This document shows positions 60,677 through 64,000 of a stretch of DNA of 64,000 bases, in pieces. Made by a program: the position numbers and the translations under genes. Within the stretch, counting starts at the first letter, position 1. Each line of letters starts with the position of its first letter. Under the pieces are notes generated by a model. The model did not search any database and had not been told where the DNA came from. It saw only the letters and a program-made list of their open reading frames with translations. The DNA lies in assembly GCF_002105155.1 (NCBI RefSeq), contig NW_019029020.1:248001-312000 (forward strand). The letters are read 5' to 3'. The DNA is from Lobosporangium transversale (taxonomy: Eukaryota).

Positions 60677-61957
60677 TATACATACTAGCAGCAACCAAGT
60701 TTCCGTGGGTCAGTAGCACTCCCTTAGGGTTGCCAGTTGATCCAGAGGTGTACATGATACAGCAGTAATCCTTTGCAGCGGGAGGAGTGGGCTCAACAGG
60801 GTTATCAACACCAAGCTGCTTCAACTCCTCGAGGGTGATGAGCTCGAGGTGGGGATGTGCCTCCTTGAGAGCAATGACATCAGATGCCTTTGCATCACCA
60901 TCGTAGACGATCTTCTTCAAAGTAGGACACTTGCCAGCAACATTCTTGATGGTGTTGAGCAAGTCAGCATTGGTGTAGGCAACAGTGATCTCAGCTTCGT
61001 TCATTGAGTGCAAAAGACCATCTTCACCAAGGGTGTCGTAAGCAGTGACAATGGTAATGGACTGGGTGAAGGCACCATGAGCGAGCAAGAGCCAGTTGGC
61101 GCTATAGGTAGAATAGAAATAGAAAGTAGGGTGGACGTTAGTCTAATCGCACGATGGTACACTAATTTTCAACGGCAGTTGTCATGTTGACAGAAGTTTC
61201 TTTCTCCAGGCCAAAAAGCACATGACTCAACAGGGGCTCTCATCATCCCATCCACAGTTGGTCGCCCAAATGTCTCAGGACATCGCCTAAATTGGTTCTC
61301 ACGCATATCAATCTCCCCGTTCAGGATGTCTTGCCAAAACTGGCACTCGAGATCTGATACTAGCCATATTGCACCAGATCTCGATTTTTTCGCTTTTCCT
61401 GTCATGCACGCCCTTGATACTTGCAGTTTTTTATACAGTCCACACAATTGTCTCGACCCAGACCCTGAACCAATTTTCACTTTTTCATTCATGGGCCCCA
61501 ATAACCATGCTCTTTGCTCAAAAACCCCTAATAAATTGCTTTGCCATGATGTTCCATACCTTGTAGCACCGAAAACGGTAATCCTGTCCTTGGGTTGAAG
61601 ACCGAATTTACGGAGACCACAGCCAATGCTATCGACAACCTGTTTAGCGTCTTTGTACGTCAACCAGTGGTAGCCTGACATCTTGAAGAACTTCCAGGTC
61701 TTCTTTTCCTTAACTTCTTCGCCTCCGACAATCTTGGTTACTTCCTTTTCCTCTTCAACAATCTTGACGACCTTGCGATAACCAATTGCGTTGAGGTTAG
61801 GACGGACCTTGACAGAGTAATTGAGAACATCATAGAGAGTCTTAATTTCGTCTGAAGGTGTGGACATGAGACGCTTGGCTGAGAGGACTGAGCGGCGGAT
61901 ACGGGTCTCGCCCTGGACGTCTGTAGGGCCGACTTCAACGGTAAGGCACTTTGTCAT
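59368..61957 (-). CDS. Long-chain acyl-CoA synthetase (Faa1/Faa4-like); exons 61957-61560, 61101-60686, 60590-59368
   Basis: YTSGSTGNPKG, YLPLAH, GYGMTE, TGDI, IDRKKNLVK, TAAQKLKR. Introns are phase-consistent. Confidence 0.96.
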
Positions 61958-64000
61958 GATGAAAATATGTATGGTATGTCTAAACGGGATGAATGAAATA
62001 GATGAAGAGTTCGAATGATGAAATCACAAAGGCGAATGAGGAGAAATGTCGTAGGTGGGGTGAACGGATGATGAGTTGGGAGAGAGGATCTAGTCGAAGA
62101 GATAAAAAAAAAAAGAGAGAAAAAGAGAAGAGAATAACGTCTTGACCGGTCTTTATAATGTCAAGAGTTGGGGAGGTAACGCACCAATTGTATTTAGTAG
62201 ACTGGAAGACGTGGAGTTGTCAGACTATGCTCTTCAAATTAATAAGTATTGAGAAACATGTGCTTTCTGTTCCGTCCTAATTTTTTCCTTTCACAAGGAT
62301 GTAATGTAAGGTGGTAAGACATGTTTGTTACATATTAAGGTATTTTGTTATGGAGCAATTGCTGAGGATTAAAAAAAGAGCATTAAGTTTGTCCTAATAA
62401 ATAAATAGAAACTGAACTAATGCACAGAGGAGACTGAATGAAGTGCACCGAAAACACCCAAAGTGGAGGCGGATGAGGGGACGAGAGCACTCAAGCTCTT
62501 GCATAAAACGCACACACAACAAACATAAACATATTCTATTTACACAAACATCTTTGACCGGACAATATTTTAATTCATCATGCCCATCCACGAGACCAAC
62601 GAACCAGTAGACAGATTATCCATCGAAAGCAGCCCCTCGAAGAGGCCGAATAAAAATACATCTTAAAAAAAAAACTAGTAACATGAGCTTGTCCCTATTT
62701 CACTAGTCTCACCTTTCATCTCTCCAGGCTCCAAGTTCTATCGGCCCTTGCAAAAAATGAAAAGTAGGAATAGTCGTGTCAGTAGTTTAGTGACCTCGAT
62801 TTTTTTTTTTTTTTTTTTGGTTGAGCAAGTACTATTAATGCATTGCATCTGAACGTTGCACGACTCGGAGCCGGGTCATATTTTTTTGCGTGGCGGATGT
62901 AAGATGGAGGATTTCGAGATAGGAGGACCACTTTTTTCAAATGTCAAATGTCAAATGAGAGCCCAAACGCGAGCATAAGCATTTTTGCACAGATGCATGG
63001 GCACATCTTTTTCTTCTCTGGAACCCTCTTTTTCAGATGCACATGAAGCCTTTCTTTCGAAAAAGGTTAACGCCCACTGTCGGTTCTTACTAATAGCGAA
63101 GATTGATCAGTATGTAAGTATGTATATAAGTATGCGCAACAAGTCTCTCTTTGTTGGTTACCGTTATTTCACGTGAGGGGTACAAGCAAGTCATTTGGAA
63201 GGAAGGTTGTGGAGAGAGAGAGAGCCGGTAAATAAAGAACTATTGGCGCTTGTTAATTGTACTCCATCTTTGACTAATCACATATCCTAACGAACATTCC
63301 AAACATGCATGTCTTTTGTTTTCTCGCACGGTTCATCAAGTTACGAATGGACAGTTGAATACGACACATCAAATATATAATTGATATAACGATGTCGTAG
63401 TGTTCCGAGACTCCGTTAGTATCTTTTTTTTAACTAGCAAATGGTGCACATGAAAATGCGAACGAAAGAGTCACTTATAACAGTTGATTAGTCTAGCATA
63501 ATGAACTCTTGTGCTCTCTTCAAGTGTATTGTTGAATAATACAATAGGGTTTCATGATTGTATCGGTAATAAAGTCCACGATCAAAGGAATCTTCGCTAA
63601 TTTGCACATATTAATACGATGCATAGATCATTGCGAGCGACTATGAGGCTCTCATGGATTTTGCAAACAACGTTCACTCCTGCTATATCTCATCAAGCGG
63701 GGTCTGACCGTAGAATAAAAAGAGTTCGAAATCCGTTGGATAGACTTTTAATTTTGCAGCAAATATGGCAAAAAATGAGCACTTTGCGGAAGAAGGAATC
63801 AGGCTTTTTGTTCCCAGTTGGTTGACTGGGTCCTGATTTAATTATTTTGTCGGTCACATCACATATCCTTTCATTCTTATCTCCGTTGAAAGAGCCACAA
63901 AATGCTTTAAATAGCAGAATTTTTCCCTGCTGAGTTGCCATAACTGGATCCCCCTTTTAACCAATCAGGTGAAGGCCTAGTCTTTCATGGTTGCAATAGT

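Overview
Eukaryotic, intron-containing fungal DNA. The gene set and protein style suggest Mucoromycota, probably Mortierellaceae; this is an inference. Ordinary host genes lie at both ends. Left: O-fucosyltransferase-like, LYC1-like GNAT, Rab11, C2H2 factor, PY-motif membrane protein. Right: GPI-anchored chitin deacetylase, SAM methyltransferase, GlcNAc-6-P deacetylase, long-chain acyl-CoA synthetase. Between them is a ~32 kb island (~12-44.5 kb) of nested transposons around one tRNA-Ile gene. It holds five Ty3/Gypsy elements or fragments, a solo LTR, three Tc1 families, TTCGAA-rich MITEs, a Ulp1-like pseudogene and a Crypton/Ndc10-like remnant. Most notable: (1) a 678-bp tRNA-derived SINE with a 19-bp TSD; (2) a chromovirus with a hidden 228-aa antisense ORF and a candidate self-priming site; (3) two Tc1 families with DD39E spacing; (4) inner copies of the terminal motif inverted rather than direct in all three Tc1 families; (5) a Gypsy LTR ending 27 bp upstream of the tRNA gene. 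All calls come from reading the sequence by eye; no searches were run.
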